A stretch of 63,920 bases of DNA, counting the filler, from Phoronis australis (lineage: Eukaryota; Animalia; Phoronida), in NCBI GenBank assembly GCA_002633005.1. It is 7 parts of 7 records of this genome, joined end to end, with 100 filler letters (N's around TTAATTAATTAA, not from the genome) between each part and the next. Parts side by side here need not be neighbours in the genome. Positions count along the whole stretch, not along the records: positions 43,436 to 56,558 come from NMRA01001602.1; positions 56,659 to 59,465 come from NMRA01003411.1; positions 59,566 to 62,305 come from NMRA01003458.1; positions 62,406 to 63,920 come from NMRA01001550.1; 3 more parts are not named here. The stretch is one strand, 5' to 3'. The notes under the pieces were generated by a model. The model was not told the origin of the DNA. It did no database searches and saw only the letters and a list, made by a program, of their open reading frames with translations. Position numbers and translations under genes: made by a program. This document shows, one piece after another, positions 50,175 to 63,920 of the stretch. Each line of letters opens with the position of its first letter. Position 1 is the first letter of the stretch.

Positions 50175-50577
50175 TGTCCGGTCTCTAATCTTTGTACTCA
50201 AAACGAACTCGAAACTATTTTTGGCAATTTCTCTGCTCCTTTTGTTCGAACTTAAGATAATTGGTTATCAGACTGTGCTCGAATACATTATAGTTTATGC
50301 ATATAGGAGTTTCTAGTTCAAGTTTGCCCTTGAAGTCCCTTATATTCGTGCTACAAACTCGAGTAAAAACTCGAAATTTCGAGTTCAAACTCGAACTTAT
50401 TGCTTTAATATTGGGTTTACAAACTGTGAACTAAGGGCAATAAATTATCTACGTAAGTTATTGTGTACTCGAGCATAGAATAATAGAAACTTATCTTGAG
50501 TTCGCCCAAAAGTAGAGTAGAAAATGCCAAACCTAATTTCGAGTTCCATTTCGAGTAAAAAGATTGGAGACCGGGCC
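50175..50577. mobile_element. PIF/Harbinger-type MITE (PIPOX intron)
   Basis: Long imperfect TIRs (tgtCCGGTCTCtAATCTTTgTACTC... / ...GAGTAAAAAGATTGGAGACCGGgcc) with CAG/CTG flanks. Confidence 0.7.
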
Positions 50578-52731
50578 CTGGTCGTTTTAAACGCGAAACC
50601 TGCGGCCCCTTTTTTTATCTTATTTGGTAAGACACAGAAAAGATTTTTCATTTCGATAGGGTTCTCAAACTTTCTTCTTTATTTCAGTGTAAAATGAACA
50701 GGATTCTTTTGTCTATTTTTGTTCTTAAAGTTAATAAATTTTGCATCCTAAGAGTTGATCATTTTTCCCAGGAGTTCGTAGAAACTCAGATAGTTATCTG
50801 TGGTAGAAACGACTTTTTCACATTCAACATATATTTCTATATTTCATATCTGTAGCGGATATGTACTACGATAACTGGACGTCATGAGCTCAATTATTCT
50901 GTTAACGTTTACCTTTACGTTCACGTAAACATTTAGCTGTTGCAAAACCCATTTTTTATTACTGTAACGGGAATCGGCACGCATCATTACAAAATTGAAG
51001 TTCACGTCTTTTGCGAAATCTCTACATTCGACATTTTGCACACCGCACTTCATTGAATACTTCAACAGAAAGATTCACAGCAGCTAAATTTATTTATTCA
51101 AGTTTGAAGTTTGCTACCACGGCTTTAGACGTAGTTACTGGTAGGGACAAGTCGTTAGGTTTTATATATCCTCTGTACTCTTTTAAAAATGCGGAAATGA
51201 ACAACATAAAAGGCCTGCGTTCCGTAGAGGTGAAAATATCGCGAAAACGCAAGGTGTCGCGATCCCCATAAATTACAGGTCAAGCACGTGATTAAAATGT
51301 CCGCGTAGTCTAAAGACGACTCTGCGCCATTTTTGTCGGGTAAGTAGGGAAGTGAATACTAGTGTAAGACAATGACTGTCGGTCTATTTTAGATTGCCGA
51401 TTGCGTGTTGGCTGCCAGAACGAGGCTTTTTGTGTGGGACTGTAACTAAGAAAACGCTATGAAACTAATCAAAACAATGACAGACAATCATATCTGTAAG
51501 AAGGTAAAAGTCATGGGGGGGGCACTTCACCAGCTTTTACCCCGTCCCGTGGTCCCAATTTTCAGATAACCACAACTTCCACCACCCATGGTTGTTGGCA
51601 ATTTGGCGCAACCGTCATGGCGTGCGAACTTCGCTGTTTGAGGTTCGCTTACGAAGTAAATGGCCGAACTAGGGAAAGAGAACTCCTTCAAATGTGTTTT
51701 TTCCACTTCATTTCACCTATTGCATGATGATGAGACATGTGGTCCCGAAATATAGCAAATTATTTTAACTTGTTTGACCCTTATGTCTCTTGGTGTTTTG
51801 CTGCATGACTTCACACCTGAAAATAGGAGATTTATATAGATACAAGGACCGAGTATATATTAGCTGTCTAACAAAAAGTTTGTGTCAACGAAGGGCTACT
51901 ACCGAATTATACTGATTTGGAAAATACATGAATCAGATATAATTAATATACTGATTTGTTATGTGAAGTACATTTACTCAGAGGCCGTGTTACTCATTGA
52001 ACTCTTTAAGAAAGAGATTTACAATACGTGGATATGGAAAAATATCTTTGCATCGGAAATGGTGAATATGAACGACAGAAGATGGTCCTCTTTGACTCTT
52101 TCGTTTCTTTGAACGCTAGCTAGTGTTAAAAATGCCATGTTTCTTTAAAAACGTGAATCAAATTTGTAGCAAGCGCCACCTAGTGACTTCCTCGAGAACT
52201 GTATGTACAAGTATAAACAGGAAAGGAAACAATAGGTAAATAAATTGGGGTTTTAAAGAAAATACCACTACTGATGCACATAAAAACAAGTGTGAACATA
52301 AAAAAACAAAACAATTCCAAATACTACGCAATCGTTGTTTGATAGTGAGATAAACAAATAATAAAAACTGTGCCTTGTTTCATTAGGGTAATGATGAAAT
52401 AATACTCAATTACATAAAAATAATCTCGCAAAACGAGACTTTCGAGAGATTGCAATGGTAACTGCTTCTGAGATGGTTTCCGGAACACTGGAGGACCCGG
52501 GTTTGTAAATTAGTACTTCATTTACATATTCACAATTTAATGAGACTATTTATCTTAAAATTTGATGTCTTGCCTCAAAATGCGTGTGCGTAAGTGTGCG
52601 CACGCGCCTGTGCCTGCCTTCGTGCCTGCGTGTGTGAGTGCGTGCGCGTGTATGTTTAAAATAATCATGCTTTTCTTCACATGGATTTTATGTATGTGTT
52701 ATTATTGTCAATAAAACTTTTTTTCACTTAC

Positions 52732-52848
52732 TTGTTCCAACAAAAGTGTCTTAACACCAGATTTCTGCAAAGTATATGCTGTAGCAGAACCTTCTATCCC
52801 CGCCCCGAACACTATAGCATCCCAAACCGCCGACTCCGAGGTAGACAT
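52732..52848 (-). CDS. PIPOX: PIPOX-like coding exon 1 (FAD-binding GxGxxG)
   Basis: [39 protein letters not shown], then GTAAGT, phase 0. Upstream acceptor at 52884-52885. Confidence 0.95.
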
Positions 52849-53041
52849 TGTGACTTTGTTGTCGAGATTTCAAGACAGGTTACCTATGAAATGACGAAGA
52901 TAGTACAAACATTAATTTCCGCTTCTGCGTAAAGCACTGTATATCTTAGAGCATGTTTGGGGAACTATCTGGGGCAAACACGTAGAATCTGGAACCACCA
53001 ATACTGGTCACAAAAACCTCAAATATTATTTTAAACGTCAC

Positions 53042-53115
53042 CTTCCGTCATCTGTTGCCTAGACTGGCTTCAAGACATTCGTTCAGCTTCCTTCCACTTG
53101 AGCAGTTTATAAAAG
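53042..53115 (-). promoter_or_regulatory. Candidate PIPOX TATA box and short non-coding first exon
   Basis: Minus-strand TATAAA at ~53105-53110, then donor AAG|GTGACG at 53041, 158 nt upstream of the acceptor of the ATG exon. Confidence 0.4.
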
Positions 53116-53323
53116 GAATTTCACCGTACACCCATACAGCTGAAACGTATTCTAAAGTAATACTTTTCCAATATCTAATCAAATATTTTCAAACTAATTA
53201 ATATTAAGTAGGACATTTTCAAATTAATTTTTAAATTACTGGTGGTGCACCAACAAAATGGTACTACAGTTGAACAGTATTATATTTCATTTTTTATAGA
53301 TACCCCTGAACTTCAGGTAAGAC

Positions 53324-53456
53324 CGGGTAGAATTCAGCAGCTGCCTCGCGCGAAAAAAATCTAGCCAAAATCACGTGCTCTCGTTGAAACTACACGGCAA
53401 AAATCTCGCGAAGTCTTGCTTTTTAGCGAGGTCCTAGCGTTACTGAACTCTACCCG
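53324..53456. mobile_element. Short MITE-like repeat family C (most complete copy)
   Basis: Inverted ends CGGGTAGAATTCAG / CTGAACTCTACCCG. At least four copies in the window. Confidence 0.7.
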
Positions 53457-56400
53457 TATCTATTTGTTATTGCTTCGGGCATACGGCATACGGACGGCAA
53501 GTCGTGTGACTTTCAAGCTGGAGAATGATTGGCCGTATGACAGAAGCTCGCACATGAAACACATTCGATGGGAAATTTGAGACATTACGAAAATACCCGA
53601 GATACTCCGAATGCGACGCGGCGACGATGGTGGGTTAAGAAACAAGTAGTCGATAACAAGGTGACCCTATCGATCTGGTCAACCGCCACGTTTACGTGGT
53701 CGCGCCCTACTTCGTTATTTCGAACTGTTTTGTCCTTCTGTTGCAACACACACCGAACAACAGCATCATGACCATGAAAAGACAAAGATACATGTGAACC
53801 TGCTTCACCACGAATCTTTGTCGCCGGTGTTCATAAATATTCGTGCTGATAATTTATGTTCGAGTTGTGAAAGCATATTTTTGTGTGCATGATGATGTTA
53901 CGGTCTATTTCAGTAGTTTGTGAGGTGATTCAGTGGTTTGCATGAATTAGTGATCCCTTGCAAGGCCCGGGAGCTAACACCTGTGCCATTCTTGAAACAG
54001 TAACTGAAAAATCTGCTATTGACAGGATGTCCGTTTGTTCAATACTTCTGATAGATAAATTTCAAGTCACGTGCCAAACTGAATGGCTCCTCAAAGCTTG
54101 CGTCATACTGGCAAACAGAACTGTGAAGATGTCGATCCGTTCCTGTCACTGGCATACGTTTCTTGCGGTCTTGTCGTTGGAGTGGCGGCAACGTGCAGCT
54201 CCAACCTTCAGTAACACGTACAAGGCGCTCAAAAGCCAAGCTATACGATCAAGTACTTCGATAGTAATGTTAAGCGACATCTCGCATGGTCCCATCTTGC
54301 CAAACTTGCAAGAAAGCAAGAGCACGCAAAATTACGAGAGTGAACCTTACTAGCGTGTGGCTACCAAAACGGCGGCCGCAGACAAGCTCGTTCGATGCAA
54401 AGTTTGTCCAATTCGTGTACATTACTTCGTATTTGTCGGCCTCACAAGTTGAAATGATGCTCGTTCGAACTAACACACCAAGATCTATATTTGTATAAGC
54501 ACTACACATCGCTAAATTTCAATAATTTTAGTTCAAAAAACTCATGCAACCTAATGGTTTCAATGACTTACTGCGTGAAGAGATGTGTACTTTCCTCAGT
54601 CAACGAACTTGCCGACATGTATGACCCGATCTCCTCGTTATCTCATGTTTCCGAGGTCAAGAGAATTTGTCATTATCTGACCGAATAGGAACTGTGGTGT
54701 TCGGTTTTGAAAAACATTATGTGCCACACGTCGAAACGAATCGTGATCTTTGATCCGGGTACAAAATTTCCCAAATTCGCGTGTCCATGAATTCTCTAAT
54801 ATCGCGAGAAATTTAGTCAANCAATATTTCCATACATTATGCTCATTATATTTACAAGAACGTCGAAACCACCAGCTACTCAAGAGCACACTTTAGAGTT
54901 TATTAGTGTTGGCCAACCCTAAAATTGCGAATTCAACAGAAATCGCGAGTCTATTGCGACTTGAACTTGAGAAACTCATCACTTGTTCACTGTTATTGTA
55001 CAGCATTTAGGCCCATTCGCCAAACTATGAAGCTGCGCCTATATTCGGAATTTGCCACATGTGCGTCTGAGTAAAACGTTTGAGGAAAACAAAGGATCGA
55101 ATTCTTAAAATATTATGTGAGTGAATCTCGACTTAACCTTTACAGAGTGATAGATGCTAATGTGTATTCAACATCTAAGGGGGAGTTTTGACGCTGTTCA
55201 ATTGTAAATGTTAAATTCATAACCGAAACGCTATGGAGTTAAGACTTTACCATATTTCTCCGATCTTGAAGTGAATCCGATTAAGCCAGCTACTCTGTTC
55301 AAGTCACAGACAACTGGCAAGATCTATCACGCCAAGGAGTATTATGAAACCGAGTTTAGTTGATTTTTCGTTATTTGGTAGCTAGATAATGGAAATACAG
55401 ATTTAACATAGATTATTAGCATAAAAAGTGAGTGGGCAAGTAACTGACGAACACAGCGAACATAAGACACGATCTAAGTTGAGAGAAAATTGTCTGGGCA
55501 TGTGCGTGAAGTTCAGGCGCATGCGCTAATATGTGAATCGCTAACTTAGAAAATAATTTTTGAATAAAATGCACTGTTTCAGATACAGGGACATGAGCCT
55601 AGAATCGCGGATATAAAACCCGCGGATAATATGAAAATGAGAACAAGGGCGCTTTTCAGTCGGCTGCACTTAGCTGATAATTATCGACATAGAACGGTCC
55701 CATAACGCCTATATTTTCTTATTGATACGTTTTTTAAAAGTATTTTTACCGATACGTCCAGAAACGAAGGCATAGTTGACAGCTGCTTTGTACTGTTTTT
55801 GCGAAAAAGACATTAGGCTTGATTCGCCAAACTGGGTCGTACGTTCACCAAATTGGAAAACTCGAGTCTTCATCAACAAAACTGTGGTGAGAATGCAATG
55901 AGGCAATGACTCGACAAATAATGAATCCGAGCGCAGTGCCAGTTGAGACCAAGATCTTAAAAGAAAGCTTTTATTTAACGTAAAGTAAGTCCATGGTTAG
56001 ATCCTTCCATTCCGTCAGATTCATCTGGATTCGACCAAAGCCTGTCCACGAGGTAGACCCCTACGAGTTGATGAGATCCCAGCTTTCATCAAAATCTGCT
56101 CTCTACCAGTGTTCTAACTTCAGGAAATAAATGTGTTGGCCCGCCGGGCCAGTCAGTCTGAAAATTTGCTGGCCTATGTTCCAAGTTAACTTTTGAAAGT
56201 TACTGGCCCGGCCGCAAATCCACTGGGCCCGGGACACCGGGCCAGCGTGCATATCGAACGTTCCTCCCTACTCATCTCCTCTGCCTCGTTCTGCCATTTT
56301 CACACACCTGTAGAGTGGCGAATGCATCGCCAAGCTCATCCATGAGCTCAAGTCAGGCCCACAGTAGATGCCCTGTTGAAGGAGCCAGTGGAGGAGTTAG

Positions 56401-59400
56401 AGTTGGCCAAAAGGGTCATGACCCCTTAAAATTCTTGTGTTTTTTGTGTCTCCACGGATCCAGGATTTTCGAAATGACTCTTTTTAGCCCAGTTTCAACT
56501 CAACGCGATGCACTAAAATGATGCTATAACCTGGATGCTGAGTTTGCACCATGACTATNNNNNNNNNNNNNNNNNNNNNNNNNNNNNNNNNNNNNNNNNN
56601 NNTTAATTAATTAANNNNNNNNNNNNNNNNNNNNNNNNNNNNNNNNNNNNNNNNNNNNTTAATGGGGTCTACTTACAAACCCTGTGAATGCCTCTGCTGT
56701 CGGTAACGGAGTACACAGTTTGGGGGCGGAAGTATATCCTTTGTCGTTTTTCTTTCCCAACTAATAGTCTAGTTCCTGACGTCTTCCGGATTCTCTTCAT
56801 TCCATAAAAGACACACATACATTTAGTGATTTAGTGGCCTGTTTTATAACAGGAAAAACACGCATATATAGTGTCGATGGCAGAAGGTCATGTCCAGCCT
56901 TCAATATTTTAACGATGGATCACTATCCAACTCCACAGTAGCATACCCTAGTGTTACACCCCTACAGTGCATGAGCAGGGAGGAGACCTTCACAATCATG
57001 GTTGTGGCATTTGAAGCTGTTCCTTATCATAGTAATGCCCACAAAGCACAAATATATTTGTGTCGTCCGAAACAGCTGACTGCTAACTACAAATGCACAT
57101 TTCACGTCCTGCCGGCTTTCTTGTGGGATGTCTCCAGATAATACCTACTGCCAATGTCCTTGTACAGTATCAGAGGGACAGGGATCTTCATCTTTCAGTG
57201 ATTACCTGCTCGTGTTCTTTACGTACTGCTAGCCGTTCTCGAAGTCTGACAACGTTGCCTGTCCAATGCTTCTTGTTTCATGAACATTAAGCGTAGGAGT
57301 ATCAATCCTGTCACTCGGCAGTGCTACTGTTCACAGCTGCATCTTCAGGATGGACCTTGGGTTCCAATAGATCGCTGCTAGTAGCCCCACTCCACCATTC
57401 ACCCCGGTCATTAAACTAATCAGCGTTTTTTTCTATGGTCTGTGGGAGCGCAGGACAATAGGGAATATCCTTTTGAACCTATAAGGTCTCAAACTGTTGA
57501 GCACTCACTACATAAACATTTTTTTACTTCATCTGCAAATTTAATTATCATGCTACAACCTGCAAACAGAATTCATTAGATTCATCGACCGCAGAAACAC
57601 GCTGGTTGCAAATATTAATAACTAACCTCTGGTGTCTGATGCAGCAGTTATAAGCACAAGAACAATTTTGAATATGGCTGCTCATAGTTTGTGTAATTTA
57701 TCAATAATGCAAATTCTTGATGAGATATTATACGAATATAATCTACATGTAATGCCCGTAAGGAAGTTACAAGCAGAAACAGATAGTATTTAGAGTACTT
57801 GCCCTTTATGTGCAGAATTCATGCAAGTTTATCATGCAACAACCTGCACACTGATTTCATTAAATTAATTGACCTCAGAAAAATGAGCGAAGACGTTACA
57901 ATACAAAATGCAGAATTTTTAATAATGGCGACCTTAAGTTGCATACAGTATGCAAATTCAAGATGTATCCACCAGTAAATCAACTCCATTAAATTTACTG
58001 ACCATGGCAGCATAAGTGAAAACAGTAACCTGTCCAGTCTGCAGTGCTTGGTAAGGACATTGTAAGCAAAAATAGAATTTTACATAATGGTTGCCTTAAT
58101 TTGCATATTTAAAACAAAAAATCAAGGGATGCGAATGGTCACCCCTCTAAATCATGATTAACTATGCTTAGGCTGCATGAAACAGCAAAGAAAAAACTTT
58201 TTCCGACAAATCCAGGTTAAGTAAAGAAACAGCCACCCGTTCAGTAACGCTAGGACCTCGCTAAAAAGCAAGACTTCGCGAGATTACGTGAGAAATTGTT
58301 GTGTATTTTAAATGAGAGCACGTGACTTTGACTAGGTTTTAGCTATGTCCTAGCGTCTACTGAACACACGCCAGCACTTGGCTCCCGGACTAAATACACG
58401 CTTTTAGCTTAGGATGTAAATGGATGGAAAATTTATCGGAAATCCCTGGTAACGTGCAAATGCATTACGTAATTCATCACTGTAATGCACATGAACTTGT
58501 TTTATTGTACTTATAATCAACAGCGTTAGTCCTCGATATATCGATTTTTACGTTCAACACATGGACTAGACAATTCGTTCGTCGCAAACTCGTTTCCCAG
58601 GGTTCGTACAGGGAGCTTTTTAAAAAATAAGAAATTTTTGACAAAAAGCAGAAATGCTTACAATAAGTGTATCAACTACTGAGCCAAATAGTACATGTAG
58701 AGTTAGAACAGAAAACAAGACCAATTACTTTCATGCTTAAACCTTGTGTGCATAAGCATCAACATACTACAGACTGGATCGTTCAACTTTGTCAAGTGCA
58801 TCAATAAATCTGCCTTATTGGGTTTACGTGATTAAGACAGCTTAATTCATTGAGGACCAATGCAAATTTAGAAAATATGAGACGTTTTAGAACTTTTAAT
58901 GGACTTTGTGAAAAACAAAAGCAACAAAAACATAAGTATGGGTCAATGATGAAGAAAGTTTCGCAACAGGAATATTTCTTTTATACAATTTTCCGAAAGT
59001 AAGAATCAACAAAAAATTATACTGAGCAGTAGGACATATTTCAAAAAGAACGAAAAGAAAGAGAAATTCGAACCCTGGTTTCCAGAAATGAACAAGAGAC
59101 CGACGTTTGGCGTAACAAAGTCATTTATTATGATTATATTGCAGTACAACGCAATGTAAGAAAATGGATAAACCAGTAGTAAAATAAAAGTATCTCTAGA
59201 AAATGGACAACAAAACGTCAAAAGAGATTTTGAAAACACCTCACGCCATATATCAATTTATTTTAGGCCCGTGTGCCATTGCAATATAATGATCCACCCA
59301 ACAGGACCCGGGATCAGATTTCCTGATAAACTGGCCTCTTGAGGACAGCGGCATAAAACAATCTATTTTTGAAGTAAGGTGCCACGAAATGGGCAGAGGT

Positions 59401-60501
59401 TCTACTGTACTTAAATTTGACAGTTTGATGACATCATCATGACACATTTTTGTTGTCAAATAAAANNNNNNNNNNNNNNNNNNNNNNNNNNNNNNNNNNN
59501 NNNNNNNNNTTAATTAATTAANNNNNNNNNNNNNNNNNNNNNNNNNNNNNNNNNNNNNNNNNNNNCTGTACCTGTGAAAACCTTTTCAGCAATTAAATTT
59601 CTGTGGTTATGAACTGTATATGTGTACATACTGTTTTCTCCGTATATTATAAGATCAGATCCAAGTTGGCGTTGTGGTCAGGATCATCATTTTTGGTCAA
59701 AGATTGTTTTAATATCTATTGTTAGTATATGGATTTTTTACCATTTCATTTTCATGCAAGTACTTAGCAATTATTTGAGAAAAAGATTAGGTGTGTAACT
59801 TGGAAGCTTAAGTATCTAATGAAGGTAATAAATGTGTTATGGTTCACCTCATTGACAAATTAGTTTTTCTTCAAAATGTGCATTTGTTTATTTAAAACTT
59901 GTTTGGGATGACCACTTCAGTATGAACTCTATTGATTTGCAATTGAATGGGTCAATTCAGATTTGAGATGAAATTGGAGATATACAAATAAGTTTCCAAC
60001 ATATTTTCATGCATCAAACAATTTATCCAGAAACCTATCCGAAATCAAGAGTTCAGACATTTTAGTTCCTTTGGAAGTTGCAATTATTTTTATGTTTTAT
60101 ATGCTGCCAAATAGTAACTTTTTGGCTACTGTTTTTCTTGAAACTATGATCTGTCAATGTAGGACGTATATCCAGATGACTATAAATTAAAAGCGGTTTT
60201 TGTTCTGTTAAGCTGGCTTAAAAACGGAAGTAAAATTAGGTATTTTTCATAAAATCGTTCTCCTAATATTTCTTGCCGCAGTCGGTTTTCTGTTATTAAG
60301 AACAATGCTTCATTATTGGGGCTAAACCTTACACAAAAAATTAACGGTGCGACATGACTTTGACTCACCAAGACGAATGAGTTATTTTTACGCAGACCCG
60401 TAGGAAGGCAAAAATCGAGGGGGGAGGGCAGAAATCATTTAGACTCGGCCATGCCACCATATTCGTACCGAATCTGCCACCTCCGCCCTTGGTGGGGGAC
60501 A

Positions 60502-60920
60502 CAGTGGCGGATTTAAGGGCGGCCAAGGGATCATGCCCCCTGAAATCAACCAGATGTCATTTGGCAGTTCGGGGTGCGAATTTCTGACAGTAAAACCCTG
60601 GTTAATACTCTGCCCTGCCCCCAGATCAAAATCCTGAATGCGCCCGGAGATGAAGGCATCAATAGTTGAGTAACCGTGAACCATTACGGAGAATAAGAAT
60701 GGGCCTAGGACCAGTACACTGACCGGACCAGATTCCAGTTGGCAGTTCGAGGGTGCAAATTTCCGACGGGTAAAACCATGGCTAACACTCTGCTCTGCTC
60801 CCCCAACTCAAAATCCTGGATCCGCCCTAGGACAATCCCGGGGATGGAGCCATCAAGAGTTGAGATACCGTGAAACAACACGGAGAGTAGAACGGGCCTA
60901 GGACCAGTATACGAACCGAT
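60502..60920. repeat. hAT-like MITE plus flank, tandemly duplicated (~195-bp unit)
   Basis: Shared 'tggcagttcg.gg.tgc.aattt', 'caaaatcctg.at.cgccc' and 'gggcctaggaccagta' between the two units. Related to 38906-39063. Confidence 0.7.
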
Positions 60921-63920
60921 AGCGAGGAGCTGCCTCAAGAAGCTATAGCTGAGATCTAACAGTGTGAAAATACGAATTTCTCGATGAACTAAAGCTAGTT
61001 GCTGGTAAGCTCAGCACTGATTCAATTGAGACAGACAGCTCGTAGCGGCCGTCTGCGCTCGCTCTAAGGTCAATATTCGTTTTATTGTGATCCAGTTTCG
61101 GGAAACTTTACTTTATTATGGTCATTCTTTGAAGGAGTATTTTTTGAAAAGGTGAGGTCCCGAAGTCCCTGGTATAGTGCCTTTGGGGCTGTTTCAAAAT
61201 GCGTAGTTGAAACAAGACCGGTAGTCCAGTTTCTGGTGGCAAGGGAAAATGATAGTGTGTCCCAAAAATGTACACACTTCCTGAATGCATGGAGTTCAAA
61301 TTCAGTTTCCATGGATCGCTGAGATTCTGCGGGGGCCAACTGCATGGTTACATTTTATCTTTAACGTTGGTACGTCAGTCACGACGTGCACGTAAATAAG
61401 GACAAGCAATCAATTCAGTTTTGAAGAGCAAAAATTCATTGCTCAATACTACTGGAAACTAAAAACACCAAGGAAGTGCAAACACAACCTTTCCAAGCAA
61501 TGAGCTTAATTTTATTTATTTAAGGATTTTTAAAACGTTTTTCTATCTATGGTTTGGTAGTCCGAATTTCATCAATGTCCTTGAGAGTTATTTTAGATAT
61601 GCAAAAATCTTCTATAAGTGTACTTTACTATTTGGGGATCGGATTATAAAGTTTTTTCAACTTTAGGCTGCAATTAAATTCACTAAAACATCGTCAATTC
61701 TTGCAATATTAGCTTCTAATTGACAAAAATCATCTAGTATGAATCTATCGATTTCGGTAGCTACATAAACAAGTAAATCAGAAATCAACGAACTTGTTTA
61801 TCAAAACAGAATGTTATAAGCAATTTGCACATGCATGCTTGCAGACTTTTGACGCGTAACCGGAGGAATATGGGAGATGGGGCATTAGTATTAAGGTGTA
61901 TTTTTTATCATTTCAGAGGTACCTATAACGGTTCACGAGGTAGAGGTGAAATCCACTGACAAAAAAAACGATGAAATCTTTGTTTATGATTGCGAGAGTA
62001 CCCCCTTTCAACACGTACACGGTCATCACAAATAATAGTCTAGGCAGCAGTGCTTTCCACATGGGGGAATTCCTTACGAACAACTCATAGTAACCATCTT
62101 CAGGGTCCAGGGGAGATAATCGAGATAACAACACGCACGTGTTCTCAGCTCTGACCCTTTTCTTGAAAAAAAACTTTTATTGAAGGTGTGTGAAGATTTC
62201 TTGATACCTGAATGTGGAACAAGTTGTGTAGAAAAGGCTGGAGTGCATATCATCTGAATTGATTCAGTAGATAAGGTAGGACTTGGTGGTGAAGAACAAA
62301 CTCTTNNNNNNNNNNNNNNNNNNNNNNNNNNNNNNNNNNNNNNNNNNNNTTAATTAATTAANNNNNNNNNNNNNNNNNNNNNNNNNNNNNNNNNNNNNNN
62401 NNNNNAAGGATTTCATCATTTACGCAACAAAAACTTTGTAACAACTTTATTTCGAACGGTGAAGTTGCGATGCCATTGAACTTCAACGTAGCCGATGGTG
62501 GCGCTGACATGCGGCGACTTAGTGAACTAACGACTGCTGTTTGAAAAGTGCCAATGCGCAGCAGTTTGACAGAATTTCTGAAAATTAAATAATTACCAAT
62601 TAAAAGAGTGATAAATTCCTCATCTAAAAATCGGGGGGGCATATTGCGCAACTGGAAAAACATCAATCTCCCGACCGACCAAAATTAGGCCTTCCGGACG
62701 ATCGAAAACTCGCCATGAAAACTTGGCCTTGACTTCAAGAAAACAACTTGAGGAGATGCGCACGCATCTAAACTACATCCTGTCCAAATTTCATGTTTGT
62801 ATTTGAGAGTATAGTGCTCTTTTGGATAGGAGGAACAAGAGGTACTTTTTCGAAAGTTGATCGCATGGCGGAAAATCGTGCGCTAAAAAAAGCTTACAAA
62901 AAATGATTTATCAGCGCTAATTTGATACAAAAAGATTACAAACTTACAAATAAAGACTAAGGTAACGATTTATAACACAAAATTGTCTTATGGTTAACTT
63001 TGAAGTCTGAAATCGGGTAATTTACCGACGTGGGTTTTACACGGAGGCAGATATGGAGCACTGTGACCTACTTTTTGATTGTCCTCCCCAGAGGTTGCCA
63101 ATGTGTTTAATTCCTTCCAACTCAAACAAATACTCCCGTTATCAAACTTTTTCTTCGAGCAGTCCCTATCTCAGTTCCCAAAATTGCGAACTCACTATTT
63201 TCACTCGGCGCGTGCCAAGACATATGACATCATTCTTTTAACCAGGCCGAAGGTCAGAAGTTGCGGTCATACCGGCGAACTTTAAAAGCTGAAGTCCCCG
63301 CCCTCTGCGTACGTGATGCCGGGAACCAGCCGTGCTTTTGCCGTGTTGTTAAACATTAAATTGTCAAATATGTGCACAAAGACTATAAATGTAATGTCAA
63401 CAGCATTTATTTTTATCAAATACAAACAATAATTCATTGACATACAATCAGTTTCAAGTAATGCGAATTAAAGACAAGTAGAGGTGGCATTTTGGAAACG
63501 AATGGCTCACCCTAGGCCTATTTAAAGATTGAGGTCATGAAGTCACATCACTTAGCGTGCGCGGTAAAAATTGAAGCATGCGCAGTATAAAATGGGAACT
63601 GAACGAGTGACTGCTCGAACAAAAATTTCGATAACGGAAGTATTTGTTCGTGTTGGAAGGAATTAAACACATCGACAACCTCCTAAAATGTTCCTCTATG
63701 CTCAAAAGGTATTTATAACAACGTGACTTTGATGTTTTAGTAGGTGCGAGGCATAATTCGCCGAAAAGCTTCCGGCGTATGTAGCGCCTGTAGGAGCTGC
63801 ATCGCCTCTGGTCAGGCCAACAGAGGTCATTGCGTACTAGCCAGCTAGCTGTATGAAGACTGTCGTCAAAATGCAGCTAGGTACCACTGTGTGTATTTCT
63901 TCCGTAGACCCCAGAATTGC

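Noticed and set aside
50590-50610. GAAGFAF as a missing PIPOX GAGFSG exon
   Set aside because: It is in the wrong place (inside intron 1), lacks flanking homology and abuts a MITE.
53460-54950. Cluster of short overlapping ORFs with higher GC
   Set aside because: No identifiable motif in the frames I read. Probably decayed TE sequence, but not supportable as a call.
61916-62305. Acceptor followed by coding-like sequence
   Set aside because: The frame closes after ~39 codons and nothing is recognisable. The segment ends at a gap.

Overview
AT-rich, repeat-dense eukaryotic DNA with GT-AG introns. It is probably from a marine invertebrate such as a mollusc (inference from the TE types) and is broken by seven assembly gaps, six of which carry an artificial TTAATTAATTAA spacer. 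Three host genes can be rebuilt by hand from splice sites. (1) A two-exon, 93-aa secreted protein with a chitin-binding type-2 (CBM14/peritrophin-A)-like 8-Cys domain (+, 7926-9389), absent from the ORF track. (2) A three-exon, 282-aa protein with an N-terminal CARD and a C-terminal ~127-aa domain I cannot assign (+, 15212-19963); its first splice donor is amplified into a 26-bp tandem array. (3) The first four coding exons of a peroxisomal sarcosine/pipecolate oxidase (PIPOX-like; -, 52848-44565), whose 3' exons I could not find. The rest is mostly decayed mobile DNA: CR1/L2-like LINE fragments, Penelope-like GIY-YIG fragments, a solo LTR, ISL2EU-, Harbinger-, hAT- and Tc1-type non-autonomous elements, a Kolobok-like THAP element, a Helentron-like repeat array and a tRNA-derived element. 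The best candidate for a new system is the CARD + unknown-domain gene with its donor-site array, which could switch between a full-length and a CARD-only or NMD-targeted product. All family calls come from motif recognition by eye; no database searches were run.
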